A stretch of 64,000 nucleotides of DNA, taken from assembly GCA_015231405.1 (NCBI GenBank), contig JADGBR010000004.1, forward strand, positions 64,189-128,188, written 5' to 3'. A program made the translations under genes and the position numbers. This stretch comes from Candidatus Omnitrophota bacterium (GTDB lineage: Bacteria > Omnitrophota > Gorgyraeia > Tantalellales > Tantalellaceae). How positions within the stretch are numbered: the first letter of the stretch is position 1; each line of letters starts with the position of its first letter. This document shows positions 10,569 through 20,769 of this stretch, piece by piece. The notes beneath the pieces were generated by a model. It searched no databases. It saw only the letters and a program-made list of their open reading frames with translations, and had not been told where the DNA came from.

Positions 10569-10661
10569 AAAGAGTCGGCATCCCCGCCGGGATCATTATT
10601 ATCTTGATGAGAGTTCAATCCTTTCTTCCTTTTATCCAAACCCCATTGTATAATCTTAGTC

Positions 10662-11009
10662 ATGGATAATTCAGGGATCGGCGGGATAGATCGGGAACTG
10701 ATCGATAAGATAATCGAGACGATATTGCGGCGCAAATCCGTCGAAAAGATAGTTATTTTCGGGTCAAGGGCTTCAGGGGACCATGGAAGGACGTCCGATA
10801 TCGATATCGCCGTTTTCGCCGAAAAATGGTCGAGGACAGATTTCGCGCTAACCAAGGATGATCTGGAGGAAACAGTTCTAACTCCTTTGAAATTCGACCT
10901 GGTGGACTACCATGATCTTGCCGAAGGATCCCTCAAAAATAACATTTTGGCGAAAGGGAAGGTCATATATGACAAAAGAACGGATCAGGCAGCTTTACGG
11001 GGACTATGA
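10662..11009 (+). CDS. Minimal nucleotidyltransferase (MNT, HI0073/MntA-like)
   Basis: IFGSRASG...SDIDIAV motif; paired with a downstream HEPN-type gene. Confidence 0.85.
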   Translation: MDNSGIGGIDRELIDKIIETILRRKSVEKIVIFGSRASGDHGRTSDIDIAVFAEKWSRTDFALTKDDLEETVLTPLKFDLVDYHDLAEGSLKNNILAKGKVIYDKRTDQAALRGL

Positions 11010-11370
11010 AAAGGCTCTACTTAAGCTGGAAGAGATCCTGAAAGAAAAACCGGTTAAAGGCAGCATAGTCGTCGACGCGACCATTAAACGGTTTGAATTC
11101 ACCTATGAGCTAGCCTGGAAACTCATGCAGAAGATCCTGGATCACGAGGGGATAGAAGTCAACTCGCCCAGGTCGGCGATAAAGGAATCTTTCCGGGAAA
11201 AGATAATAACCGACGGCCAGGGCTGGATCGAGATCCTCGAGGCCAGGAACAGGACTTCACATATTTATAATGAAACGCAGGCTTTAGAAATATGCAGGGA
11301 TATAGAAAATAAATTCTACGATAACTTCCGGGCGCTCAGAGACTCCGCGTCTAACTTCTTGAAACAATAA
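10969..11370 (+). CDS. HEPN-type nucleotidyltransferase substrate-binding protein (HI0074/HepT-like)
   Basis: IKRFEFTYELAWK, SPRSAIKE, RNRTSHIY (R-X4-H HEPN motif). Start inferred at ATG 10969. Confidence 0.85.
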   Translation: MTKERIRQLYGDYEKALLKLEEILKEKPVKGSIVVDATIKRFEFTYELAWKLMQKILDHEGIEVNSPRSAIKESFREKIITDGQGWIEILEARNRTSHIYNETQALEICRDIENKFYDNFRALRDSASNFLKQ

Positions 11371-11385
11371 TTATCATGAGCTCTG

Positions 11386-11547
11386 TTATTTGATCCCGCG
11401 GAGTTTCCAGAATATCTCGCGGCGTTTCGGGGAGGCTGTCCGGAGCAGGGAGTCATGCATCTTCTCGAGCCATTCCAGTTTTTTCTTAGGCGGTATCTTC
11501 ATGGACCGGGCGACCTTTTCCTCTTCGCTTTCCCATCCGAAGTTTAT
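11386..11547 (-). other. Small ORF or gene remnant (53 codons), function unknown
   Basis: Manual translation INFGWESEEEKVARSMKIPPKKKLEWLEKMHDSLLRTASPKRREIFWKLRGIK*. GGAGG precedes an ATA codon; in-frame ATG at 11502. Confidence 0.45.
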
Positions 11548-11616
11548 CTTTTCCCTCCGGTCAGCTTAATTATTATAATGTATCACAAGATCTCCTCATG
11601 CGCAAATGAAGCTCCG

Positions 11617-12396
11617 TTAGCCTCTGGCCATAAACATGAACTTATGCATCCACCCGATCTTCCGCATAAGGAATTCACTTCTAAGTAAAGGCGGGACATG
11701 TTTGCCGTATTTTTCGTGCAGGCGCTTCCTTTCGCTCCTGCGCACATCCTGGAGGCGGCTTGTTTTCGAGTCTTTGTGGATCCTGAATTTTGTGAAGTTC
11801 TCGTCCACATACTCGAATTTCGCGCCGTTAAGTATGAATCTGGTAAAGAGGTCCGGGTCCATCACGAACCGGAAAGAAGGGTCGATGCCTCCGGATCTTT
11901 CGTATATATCCCTGGTCCAGAAAGACGCGGGCTGCCAGACCATGTAGCCGCCATAGACGTAAAAAGGGAGAGCTAGTCTCTTGGGGAAAGGGCGCTGCAG
12001 GCGCTTTCCGATATCCGCGCCTTGCTCGTCGATCAGGAGTTCATTACCGTACACAACGTCGGCTGTTTTAGTCCTGAATACCTCAGCCGCTTTTCGAAGC
12101 GTCCCGGGCAAATACACGTCATCCGAGTTCAGCCAGGCGAAAATACTTCCTGTAGCCTTCTCGAAACCTTTCCGGATAGCGTCCGCCTGCCCGCCGTCTT
12201 TCTCACTGACCCAGTAAGACAGTTTATCCGCGTACTTTCGGATAATTTCGACGCAGCCGTCGGTGGAACCGCCGTCGATGATAATGTATTCGATATAAGG
12301 ATAGTCTTGCGTGAGTACGGATCTTATCGTCTCTTCCAAAAACGCCGACTGGTTGAATGACGGCGTTATAACAGTGAAAATAGGGTTTATTTTCAT
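11617..12396 (-). CDS. GT2 family glycosyltransferase
   Basis: VITPSFNQ, IDGGSTD, WLNSDD. Confidence 0.9.
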   Translation of the reverse strand: MKINPIFTVITPSFNQSAFLEETIRSVLTQDYPYIEYIIIDGGSTDGCVEIIRKYADKLSYWVSEKDGGQADAIRKGFEKATGSIFAWLNSDDVYLPGTLRKAAEVFRTKTADVVYGNELLIDEQGADIGKRLQRPFPKRLALPFYVYGGYMVWQPASFWTRDIYERSGGIDPSFRFVMDPDLFTRFILNGAKFEYVDENFTKFRIHKDSKTSRLQDVRRSERKRLHEKYGKHVPPLLRSEFLMRKIGWMHKFMFMARG

Positions 12397-12418
12397 AGGT
12401 CAGCACTGAGGTTCGCGC

Positions 12419-14914
12419 TTATTTTTTCCGACCCCAATCGGCCAGTATCTCCTCATACCATTTATGATATTTCGAACATTGATTATTAAGATCGAACCTC
12501 TGGCAGGCGTCTTTCGCAGCATTCTGCCCTAGCATCGTATTAAGGTCCCGCTCCTTCAATAATTTGGCGATAGCCTCGCTCATTTTTGCGGAGTCACCTC
12601 TTGGAACAAGAATACCCGTAGCTTCTTCCGGGCCATATGAATTCCATTCATCCGGCGGCGCCCCCTCAGCCTTCAACCCCTTTACCTGCTCTGGTATACC
12701 GCCAACAGCGCTAGCTACTACGGGTATACCGCAAGCCAAAGCCTCAAGGACCGTATTGGGAAAAGTGTCAGCCCTGGCCGCGTGAGCGTAGATATCCGCT
12801 GCTCGATACATATCCGCCACTTTCCGGGTATCATTCTCGAAACTCATGAACTTAATCTCAAGATTATCCTGTATCTCCACCGGTCCCGTCTCACCCAGGA
12901 CCAGAAAAAGTATTTTCCCGGACGGGGCAAAAGACCTGGAAGCCTTTATCGCGGATGTCCTGATAGTTTCATAATCCTTAAAAACGTTCTTCCTTATGCC
13001 GTTACCAATGAACAGTATTATCCTGGCATCGAGAGGCAGTCCCAACCTCTTACGGGCCACGCTCTTATCCCCCGGGCGGAATACCGAAAGATCCACCCCG
13101 TTGTTTATGACCCTGAGCTCAGCGATCGCCGGCATCATCATGGACCTTTTCACATTCTCCATAAGCCACTTTGAAGGAGTCGCCACATAAAGCCTGCTGC
13201 GCGAAAATATATCTTTCCTCACGGCCCAATCCCTTGCGGTTATATCCCTCCAAACCGACGGATATATCAGAAGGTCCGGGCATTCGCCGCATCCGGTCTT
13301 CCACCTCATGCATTCCATGAAATGCGCGCAATGGCCTGTCAGAAGCCACGCGTCATGAAGGGTGAACATCAATGGAACTTCCGACGAAAGATACGGGATA
13401 GCTCCAAGATCGAAATATCCGCCGTGAAGGCAATGACAATGGACCAGGTCTGGGCGTTCCCTTGGGATATCAAGAAGTTTTCGGCATACGGGAAAATCAA
13501 GGTCTTCAAAACCGTAATAGCGTTCTTTTTTGCCGAACAGCCCGGCTAATGAGCACGAAATGCGTAAAGGCCATACCGCGATCCTGCCCATGTATTTTCT
13601 TATGGAACGCCCTACTAGAAGCCACGCTCTCACCCAATATTCATTAAGGCCCTTCCCCAATATCCTGTAAACCCTGTTTTTTTTGCTTCGCTTATAACCG
13701 ACACCCATCAAAGGCATACACCCGCGTTTTTCAAGATAATTAAAAAGGTTCCACGCGACCTTCGCGGCCCCGCCACCTTCTTCGACGGTATGCACCTGCA
13801 TTACCTTGAGCTTCTGAAGGGTCATGTCATAAAGTTTTTTATCTTTTATGCCGCTCAATAATTTATCGAATTTTGGGAAGAAAAGATATAACCTGTCCCC
13901 GAAGAATATCCAGTAATCGTTGTTATATGCTTTACGGAACACGAATCTCAACTGCGATTTAAATTGCCCTATTCTGGAATGCCATTTCTCGGGTTTTCCG
14001 CCTTTGACCGTACGGATGGAAGCGGTATGGAACGGAAGTTTCCCTGTGCCAAATAAATCCCTGAGCCAGCTCTCAATTTCGATAAGCCCTTTTATGTACG
14101 GCATGTACAAATAGTGTCTGAGCGCGATGCTCGCATCCACTTCATACCTATGTAGCCTTGGATCATAGATGTTTTTTGTTATTTTCCTGAGCCCGTGGAA
14201 ATGGAAAAGCACCAGTGGCAATGAATCTATGAATATCCCGCGTTCTTCGTATCTAATTTTATATCTTTCAACGTTCCAGGGCGCCAACCCCACGCCTTTA
14301 TGTTCGAGAACAACGACACCTTTGAACAGCCGCGGCCAATCGTCAAGATATTTCTGGTCCGCGTAGAGCCCGTTCTCCTCACGGTCATAGCACCATTCCA
14401 GGCATTGTTCACCCCATTTTTTCAGGCACTTAACCGCCGAGCCATCCCTTCTGAAAGCCAGAAGGCTGACGTTATATATCCCCCGGGCCTCCAGATGTTC
14501 CAAATGAGGCGGGAATCTGTGGCCGATTATCAGTATGGACCCGTCGCCGAGTTCAGTATAGATCGGGTCAGGGCTTGAAAGGAATAAAAGGTCCGCGTCC
14601 AAATAGGTTATAAGATCGACCTCGGGGGCCGCGTTGAGAATAAAAAGCGGCAGAAATGGGGTACAAGTAAAATAATATTCGACGGTGGTCCTGTTACTTT
14701 TAACATCGGCCAATCCCGGATTGAACGCTTCAAACTCTAATAATCTGATCGGGACGACCTCCGGGAGGTTTATTTTCTGCAAAGTCTCGAAGGTCATGTC
14801 ATCGAAACAAAGCACCCATAACCTGAAATCCCCGGCAAAACGGCACAACGACCTGTATAACGCTATGCCTTTCGTCAGGTAATGCGAATCAAAATATGTG
14901 CAGTAATATTTCAT
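12419..14914 (-). CDS. Fused glycosyltransferase: N-terminal GT-A-like domain plus C-terminal GT4 (WcaC-like) domain
   Basis: N-terminal YLDADL and DQKYLDDWP; C-terminal TLHDAWLLTGHC, INNGVD, DTFPNTVLEALACGIPVVAS. Confidence 0.8.
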   Translation of the reverse strand: MKYYCTYFDSHYLTKGIALYRSLCRFAGDFRLWVLCFDDMTFETLQKINLPEVVPIRLLEFEAFNPGLADVKSNRTTVEYYFTCTPFLPLFILNAAPEVDLITYLDADLLFLSSPDPIYTELGDGSILIIGHRFPPHLEHLEARGIYNVSLLAFRRDGSAVKCLKKWGEQCLEWCYDREENGLYADQKYLDDWPRLFKGVVVLEHKGVGLAPWNVERYKIRYEERGIFIDSLPLVLFHFHGLRKITKNIYDPRLHRYEVDASIALRHYLYMPYIKGLIEIESWLRDLFGTGKLPFHTASIRTVKGGKPEKWHSRIGQFKSQLRFVFRKAYNNDYWIFFGDRLYLFFPKFDKLLSGIKDKKLYDMTLQKLKVMQVHTVEEGGGAAKVAWNLFNYLEKRGCMPLMGVGYKRSKKNRVYRILGKGLNEYWVRAWLLVGRSIRKYMGRIAVWPLRISCSLAGLFGKKERYYGFEDLDFPVCRKLLDIPRERPDLVHCHCLHGGYFDLGAIPYLSSEVPLMFTLHDAWLLTGHCAHFMECMRWKTGCGECPDLLIYPSVWRDITARDWAVRKDIFSRSRLYVATPSKWLMENVKRSMMMPAIAELRVINNGVDLSVFRPGDKSVARKRLGLPLDARIILFIGNGIRKNVFKDYETIRTSAIKASRSFAPSGKILFLVLGETGPVEIQDNLEIKFMSFENDTRKVADMYRAADIYAHAARADTFPNTVLEALACGIPVVASAVGGIPEQVKGLKAEGAPPDEWNSYGPEEATGILVPRGDSAKMSEAIAKLLKERDLNTMLGQNAAKDACQRFDLNNQCSKYHKWYEEILADWGRKK

Positions 14915-14989
14915 CGTCCCGCTTTAGATTTCATTATTTTGTCCGAAACATACCCTGCGCCAGGCCGTTAATATCCATGGTATTGGGGA

Positions 14990-16522
14990 TCAGCCTGTCT
15001 GATCGCGCGCATATTTACCGCCATTTATGATACCTCTGGCCTCAAGCCTCGATCTATCCAGGCATATCTGGATATTTTCATAGATGCCGTTATCCGCTAA
15101 TCCGGCCTTATAGCATATTCGGCCTGCCCAGAGCATAATAAGCTCCAGTACCGCTACTTTCCACCCGACCGCTTTTCTTTTCTCGATCCTGTAAACTTTC
15201 CATATTCTATCATACATAAGCGACAATTTCTCATCGCTCATCGCCGACATGTTCACGACGCTTTTCCAATGCCCCTCGGATCTGAAATACTTATCGTAGA
15301 ACTCCTTATCGTCTTTCATATATCCCCCGGAAAATATCTGCTCATAAAGTTTAGACCCCGGGAAAGGCGTCGCTATAGTGAAATTAAATTGTATGTTCTT
15401 ATTCTCCCTGACAGCATCCCTGACCAGCCGGATAGACATTTCAGCTTCTTCCTCTGTTTCCGCGTACTGCCCAAGCATTATCGATACGGTCGGCAATATC
15501 CCGGCTTCTTTCAGTCTCCTTAAACCTCTCCGTACCGTATCCGCCGTGAACGCTTTGCCTATTACCTTGAGCACCCGGTCGGACCCGGATTCTATCCCCA
15601 GACCCATTATCCTGCATCCCGTCGTTCTCAGCTCCGCCAAAAGGCCGTCGTCTATCCTGTCCAGGATATCGAACCGGGATGAAACGGAATACTCGATCGG
15701 ATAAGGCAGGGACTTTATTTGATCTATTATCTTTCTCACCCTATCCGTCGAATACAGGGTCGTTTCATCGGAAAAATATAGGACGTTCCCCTTAAATGAG
15801 AGAAGGGCTTCCCTGGCTTCTTTCATCATCAGCTCTACCGGACGGAACCGGGGCTTGCTGTGATGATAACAGAAATTACATGTGAACGGACACCCTCGCC
15901 CGCCATGGACATTGATAACCCTGTCGTTAAACCGCCAGTGCGGCTGCGGGAATTTGCGCGCGTACCACCTGCCGATCTCTAACCACTGCCGCTCCGGGAA
16001 TAGCTCATAAGGTATCGCGGGCAGATCTTTAAGGTCCTCGATATATTCTTCCCCGCCGGTATGGACGAACTCCCCGTCTTTTTTGAATACCAGCCCTCTG
16101 ACGCCGCTGAGATCCTTCCCCTCCCTCAAGTATTTTACCAGATTATACAGGGTGACCTCGCCTTCCCCTAAAGCCGCGAGATCGGCTCCGGTAACTTCCA
16201 GTGCTAGTTCAGGTATTGGGGTGACCATCTGTCCGCCTATGACGACCGGCACCCCGGGACAGGCTTCTTTGATCATACTGATAAGCCCGGCCAGTTCCTT
16301 AAGTTCCGGATAGAGTCCACCTATCCCTACGAGAATAGGACGTTTATCGGCGATATCCCTTACCAGATTTCCATACTTTTTATCCTCCGGCCGGAACAGA
16401 AGCTCGACGGGTTCTCCCTTTTCCTTCAAATACCCGGCCAGGTACGCGTAGGATAAGGGGAACGTGAACGCTATAGCCCTGGATACGAGAACAACCGGAC
16501 GATGGATACCTTTAACTGTCAC
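14990..16522 (-). CDS. B12-binding domain radical SAM protein
   Basis: PLSYAYLA..L, VIGG, GEGE, GRGCPFTCNFC, GIESGS. GTG start at 16522 inferred from a GGAG ribosome-binding site. Confidence 0.88.
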   Translation of the reverse strand: MTVKGIHRPVVLVSRAIAFTFPLSYAYLAGYLKEKGEPVELLFRPEDKKYGNLVRDIADKRPILVGIGGLYPELKELAGLISMIKEACPGVPVVIGGQMVTPIPELALEVTGADLAALGEGEVTLYNLVKYLREGKDLSGVRGLVFKKDGEFVHTGGEEYIEDLKDLPAIPYELFPERQWLEIGRWYARKFPQPHWRFNDRVINVHGGRGCPFTCNFCYHHSKPRFRPVELMMKEAREALLSFKGNVLYFSDETTLYSTDRVRKIIDQIKSLPYPIEYSVSSRFDILDRIDDGLLAELRTTGCRIMGLGIESGSDRVLKVIGKAFTADTVRRGLRRLKEAGILPTVSIMLGQYAETEEEAEMSIRLVRDAVRENKNIQFNFTIATPFPGSKLYEQIFSGGYMKDDKEFYDKYFRSEGHWKSVVNMSAMSDEKLSLMYDRIWKVYRIEKRKAVGWKVAVLELIMLWAGRICYKAGLADNGIYENIQICLDRSRLEARGIINGGKYARDQTG

Positions 16523-17360
16523 TTTTATCTCCATTTCCTGCGGACTTGAACAGATATCCTCTGTAGCCGCACTCTTCGGGAGCGCGGTAAATCCTCGGCT
16601 TATAACCGTAAATAAACTCCCTGACAAGCTCGAGCCCGGCATCCGCGGCGGATCTTAAAAAGACTTTGCCGTTAAGGCACCATGAAAGGTATTCCGTTCC
16701 ATATCCGTACTTGTAAGGCCTCTGGATAAAAACGAACGGTTCGCCGGAAAACACCACGGGCAGCTGCGCGACGTATATATATCCCTCGGTCACCCTCGCC
16801 AGATCTCGAAGGGTCTTTCTCCAATCTTCCGAATAGTGCAAGCTTGTACCGGCCATTACCAGGTCGTACCTTCCATTAAGACAACTCTCATCGGATACGA
16901 ATACCTGATCCGGAAACAGGGTTTTACCGTGTTCCGTGAATACCGCGTGGTCTTTACAGGTATAGGATATGTCCAGCCGCGGGAACATTTCTTTCGCCAG
17001 GAAATAATACTGTCCTATCCCTCCCCCCCAATCCAACATACTTATGGAACTTTTCCCGAGCGCTGAAACCCCGAGAGCATAAGAGAAAGACATGTTTATA
17101 TTGTGCGCGAAAACATCTTCCCGCTCCGGTCTCTTCATCTCCAGAGTAATTCCCACAGGCCCTTTATCGGAGACGCAAGAGGCGTAAAACGGCCATTTCT
17201 TTCTATAAACATCCAGTATTTTCTCAACACCCCAGCCCTTAACTTCGGGGTGCCCTTTGAGGTATTTCCACCCCTCGGGGATATATTCCCACTGCGGCTT
17301 TTTCAGCCTCAAGACGAACATCGCCTTTTCGACCAGGTCTATCGCGCTGTTCTTTCCCAT
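16512..17360 (-). CDS. Class I SAM-dependent methyltransferase
   Basis: MLDWGGGIG, YDLVMAGTSLHY. Confidence 0.78.
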   Translation of the reverse strand: MGKNSAIDLVEKAMFVLRLKKPQWEYIPEGWKYLKGHPEVKGWGVEKILDVYRKKWPFYASCVSDKGPVGITLEMKRPEREDVFAHNINMSFSYALGVSALGKSSISMLDWGGGIGQYYFLAKEMFPRLDISYTCKDHAVFTEHGKTLFPDQVFVSDESCLNGRYDLVMAGTSLHYSEDWRKTLRDLARVTEGYIYVAQLPVVFSGEPFVFIQRPYKYGYGTEYLSWCLNGKVFLRSAADAGLELVREFIYGYKPRIYRAPEECGYRGYLFKSAGNGDKSDS

Positions 17361-17361
17361 G

Positions 17362-18522
17362 CTATAACTCCAAAGCGGGTTTAACTTTTTCGAATAACCT
17401 CTCCATATTATAATCCCTGATCGTCCTTTTTTGTCCCTCTTTCGCTACCATACCTGTTTCTTTCCACTTTTTTCCGATAATAATGTCTTTCAATTTGTCC
17501 AGCAACTCTTCTTTGTGACTATATGTCAATATTTCCTTGCCGGGCTCAAATAATTCCGGTGTGTTTTCAAACCCTTCGGTAACAAGGCAGGCACCGGATC
17601 CGGTAGCTTCGTACATGCGCATATTCCCGCTGTACCGGCAGGCAAGGCCTATATGCGTATTCAGCGTGAGCTTTGACCTCGCGAGCGTTTTATACATTTC
17701 CAGATCGTAAAGGGGCCCTCTGTGCTTTGTCCGGATAACTTCGCAGTTCTTGACGTACTCACGCAAAATATCTTTCCCCTCGGGTGAAACCTTGCCTATA
17801 TCACGCCCCTTTCGTTTTCTGACCATATCGGACAGGATCGCCTTGACGTCACTCAAAAACCCCGGTTGATCCATCCGTCCGAACACGTCTATGTCTATCC
17901 CGTTCCTGATGAGGAAGGCCAGGGTATCCGCTCTTTCCGCGTGCGAGGGCGATATCGTCCCGATAAAAGTGATATCGTGTTCTTTTTCCGGACTTCCCAG
18001 AAGTTTCAACACCTCACCGTCAAACCCCGGCTTAAGAACGATGACTTTTTCGAACCTGTCATGGTATCCGGCATAAGTCCCCGGATTTTCGGTGAATAAT
18101 ACCGATATCCCGCGAGGGTCGATCTCCTTCCTAAAAGGGAGCGCAATCCAGGTAACCACTTTCCCCGCATATCCGGATATCTCTTTTATAAAATCCCCGT
18201 AAAGATCGAATATCCCGTCTATCCAGAGTATATCGGGCTTTAACCTTTTTATCTGCTCCGCTACGGTCTTTTCCCAGCTCCTCTCATCAGCGCCATTCTC
18301 AGCGACCCATTTCCTCTGGAGCGGGATATCATTGACCACTATAAAATCGGACGAAAATCCTTTCTCCGAGGCGTATCTCAAGAGCCGTAAAGGCCAGGAA
18401 AAATTCTCGCGGGCTATCCTTTCCTTGTGTTCCAGGTACGAAAGACGACCGAGGCCGGGGTTTTTCCCGTAAAACCATTTAAGATGATCGCCGTAAAACC
18501 TTAGAAGCATCAGGATCTTCAT
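17362..18522 (-). CDS. Glycosyltransferase, CgeB/GT4-like
   Basis: DITFIG, LNTH, NMRMYEATGSGACLVT, LFEPGKEI. Confidence 0.82.
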   Translation of the reverse strand: MKILMLLRFYGDHLKWFYGKNPGLGRLSYLEHKERIARENFSWPLRLLRYASEKGFSSDFIVVNDIPLQRKWVAENGADERSWEKTVAEQIKRLKPDILWIDGIFDLYGDFIKEISGYAGKVVTWIALPFRKEIDPRGISVLFTENPGTYAGYHDRFEKVIVLKPGFDGEVLKLLGSPEKEHDITFIGTISPSHAERADTLAFLIRNGIDIDVFGRMDQPGFLSDVKAILSDMVRKRKGRDIGKVSPEGKDILREYVKNCEVIRTKHRGPLYDLEMYKTLARSKLTLNTHIGLACRYSGNMRMYEATGSGACLVTEGFENTPELFEPGKEILTYSHKEELLDKLKDIIIGKKWKETGMVAKEGQKRTIRDYNMERLFEKVKPALEL

Positions 18523-19925
18523 TTGCTTTTCAGATAAACCCTTATCCCTCCGAGTAGAGCCCTGTATAAAGCGTTAAGGGCCTTAGGCACATATGCCCGG
18601 TTAGTGATACATATAAGCTTGATCACCTTTCTCCACCGGCACAGAAATTCGTAAGTTCCGCCGTCCAGCCATGCCGGCCTGCCTTTATTTTTCATCTCGA
18701 ATATCCGCGACCAGTCCTCCAGCGTGAACTCCCCGGCCTTATCCGCCAAACATTCTTTCGCTATGGCCGTCCCCGGAGTAGGTATAAGGAACGGGCTATC
18801 GCATATAGCCCGTTCGTTCTCGAGCAGGATATCGATATTCATAAGGATAGTCTCTATCGTATCTTTTTTTGTTTCGCCGGGAAAACCCTGTATCGTGACA
18901 AAATGAGGTATGATGTTCAAACCGCGGAGTTTCCTGTTAGCGTGAAGCACGTCCTCCTTGGAAGCGAACTTATTCACCATCTTAAGTATCCTTTCGGAAC
19001 CTGACTCCGCCCCGAAGGTCAGCATCCTGCAACCCGACCTCTCTATCTTTTCGATAGTGGCCGGCGTGGCTCTCGCCATATAATCCGTCCTCGCGTTCGT
19101 ATACCACTTGATCCCCACATTCTCTTTTATCAGAAGATCCAGAATGCTTTCGGCTCGTTTGATATTCCCGAAGAAATTATCGTCTATGAACGTAAAATTA
19201 GTGACGCCGTATTTCCGGATATACGTTTTTATATCCTCCACTACCCTCTCGGGCGGTAAAGCCCTCCATTTTTTCTTACGCACCGACTCCGTGCAGAAAG
19301 AACATGAAAAAGGGCATCCTCTGCTTGTCTCGACGGGAAGCACTTTTTCCCCTTCGCACCAAAGGTCCCGGGAACGGTAATTATCAAGGTCAATAAGGCC
19401 GAACGGAATGAGCGGGACACTTTCGATATTAGCGGGCTCGCCCGGGCCGGTCAATATTATTTCACCGTTCTTTTTAAAACCGATACCCGGAAGGCCGCTA
19501 AGATCGCTCTTGGAAGCGCCTATCATCTCCATAAGCTTTGGAAAAGTATTTTCACCGTCATCCCTGACGATAATATCTACGAACTCGTTCGCTATGGTCG
19601 ACCCGGGCTCAAGAGAAGCGTGGACCCCTCCCCACACGACCGGGATATCCGAAAGCTCCTTAACTAATTTTGAAACGCGCAGCGCCCCCGTTATGTGGCT
19701 CCCGCTCATCGAGGATACCCCGACGCAAAGCGGACCTTTTTTGAGTTCTTCGGATAATTTCATGTCAAAATCCGGCTCAGCCCGCTCGTCAAGAACGGTC
19801 ACATCCATACCCTTTTCGACAAGCGGCGCCGCGACCGTCAATATGCCGAGAGGCGGACGGTCAGGCATTTTACTTTCTCCGGGCTTTGCCGGATAAACCA
19901 GAACGACCCTGTTATTTCGATCCAT
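18519..19925 (-). CDS. B12-binding domain radical SAM protein
   Basis: PPLGIL, VVWGGVHAS, TSRGCPFSCSFC, DDNF, GAESGS. Confidence 0.9.
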   Translation of the reverse strand: MDRNNRVVLVYPAKPGESKMPDRPPLGILTVAAPLVEKGMDVTVLDERAEPDFDMKLSEELKKGPLCVGVSSMSGSHITGALRVSKLVKELSDIPVVWGGVHASLEPGSTIANEFVDIIVRDDGENTFPKLMEMIGASKSDLSGLPGIGFKKNGEIILTGPGEPANIESVPLIPFGLIDLDNYRSRDLWCEGEKVLPVETSRGCPFSCSFCTESVRKKKWRALPPERVVEDIKTYIRKYGVTNFTFIDDNFFGNIKRAESILDLLIKENVGIKWYTNARTDYMARATPATIEKIERSGCRMLTFGAESGSERILKMVNKFASKEDVLHANRKLRGLNIIPHFVTIQGFPGETKKDTIETILMNIDILLENERAICDSPFLIPTPGTAIAKECLADKAGEFTLEDWSRIFEMKNKGRPAWLDGGTYEFLCRWRKVIKLICITNRAYVPKALNALYRALLGGIRVYLKSK

Positions 19926-20769
19926 TCGCGACCTTCCTTATAAACGCCCTGTGCCATATCCGCATTATATTCAGCAGCTTCCATGGCCAGGGACAAGCGA
20001 GAATAATAAAAGCGGTCCCTTCTATCGGGTTAGCGGGATTTTTTCTTGAAAAAATATCATTTAAACGCCCGGTCCTCTCCCGTCCCTTAAGAAGCTTTTC
20101 GTCTTCGGCAGTTCCTTCATTCATGTACAACTTTAGTTCTTTATCCAACAGCAGCCTCATCCCCGAACGTCTGGCCCTTATCGTGAACTCGTAATCGGAG
20201 TGACAGTGGGGTAATAAATACGGATAAAAACCGCCCAGCTTCAAAAAATCACCGGCGGACAAGAACACTCCCCTGGTTGAAAAACAGTTGATCTTCCGAT
20301 CGTCATCGGTCATACGGAACGACAACTTGCTCCAGTCAACATGCACCCCTGAGTCCAACGCCTCTCCCGTTATCCTGTCCGTATTATAAGAATGTATCAT
20401 GTAATTGTTTTTCCCGCGCATGGCGACCGCGCCCCTTTCCAAAAAGGAGCTATCCATTTCCGTATCGTCATTCACTATAAGGATCAACTCTTCTCCGGGG
20501 ATAGCGTTATCCCTGACCCACTCATACCCTTTTTGCAGCGCCCCAGCCCACCACCAATCCCCTTTGCCTCTTATTACATCGCAGGAAGGAACTTTATCCT
20601 TGACCATCCGATCCGTTCCATCCAGGGAACCATCGTCTATCAAAACCAGATGAAAGCGCCGATACGTCTGCGCAAGCAGAGAATTAACGAATTTCTCCGT
20701 TACATTTTTCCTGTTATGGACAGGAAGCAATATGTATATCATTACTTCACTCGATCCAACGGCATTCAT
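19912..20769 (-). CDS. GT2 family glycosyltransferase
   Basis: LPVHNR, IDDGSLDGT, WWAGA, VNDD, DYEFT. Start inferred from an ATGA overlap. Confidence 0.85.
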   Translation of the reverse strand: MNAVGSSEVMIYILLPVHNRKNVTEKFVNSLLAQTYRRFHLVLIDDGSLDGTDRMVKDKVPSCDVIRGKGDWWWAGALQKGYEWVRDNAIPGEELILIVNDDTEMDSSFLERGAVAMRGKNNYMIHSYNTDRITGEALDSGVHVDWSKLSFRMTDDDRKINCFSTRGVFLSAGDFLKLGGFYPYLLPHCHSDYEFTIRARRSGMRLLLDKELKLYMNEGTAEDEKLLKGRERTGRLNDIFSRKNPANPIEGTAFIILACPWPWKLLNIMRIWHRAFIRKVANGSK

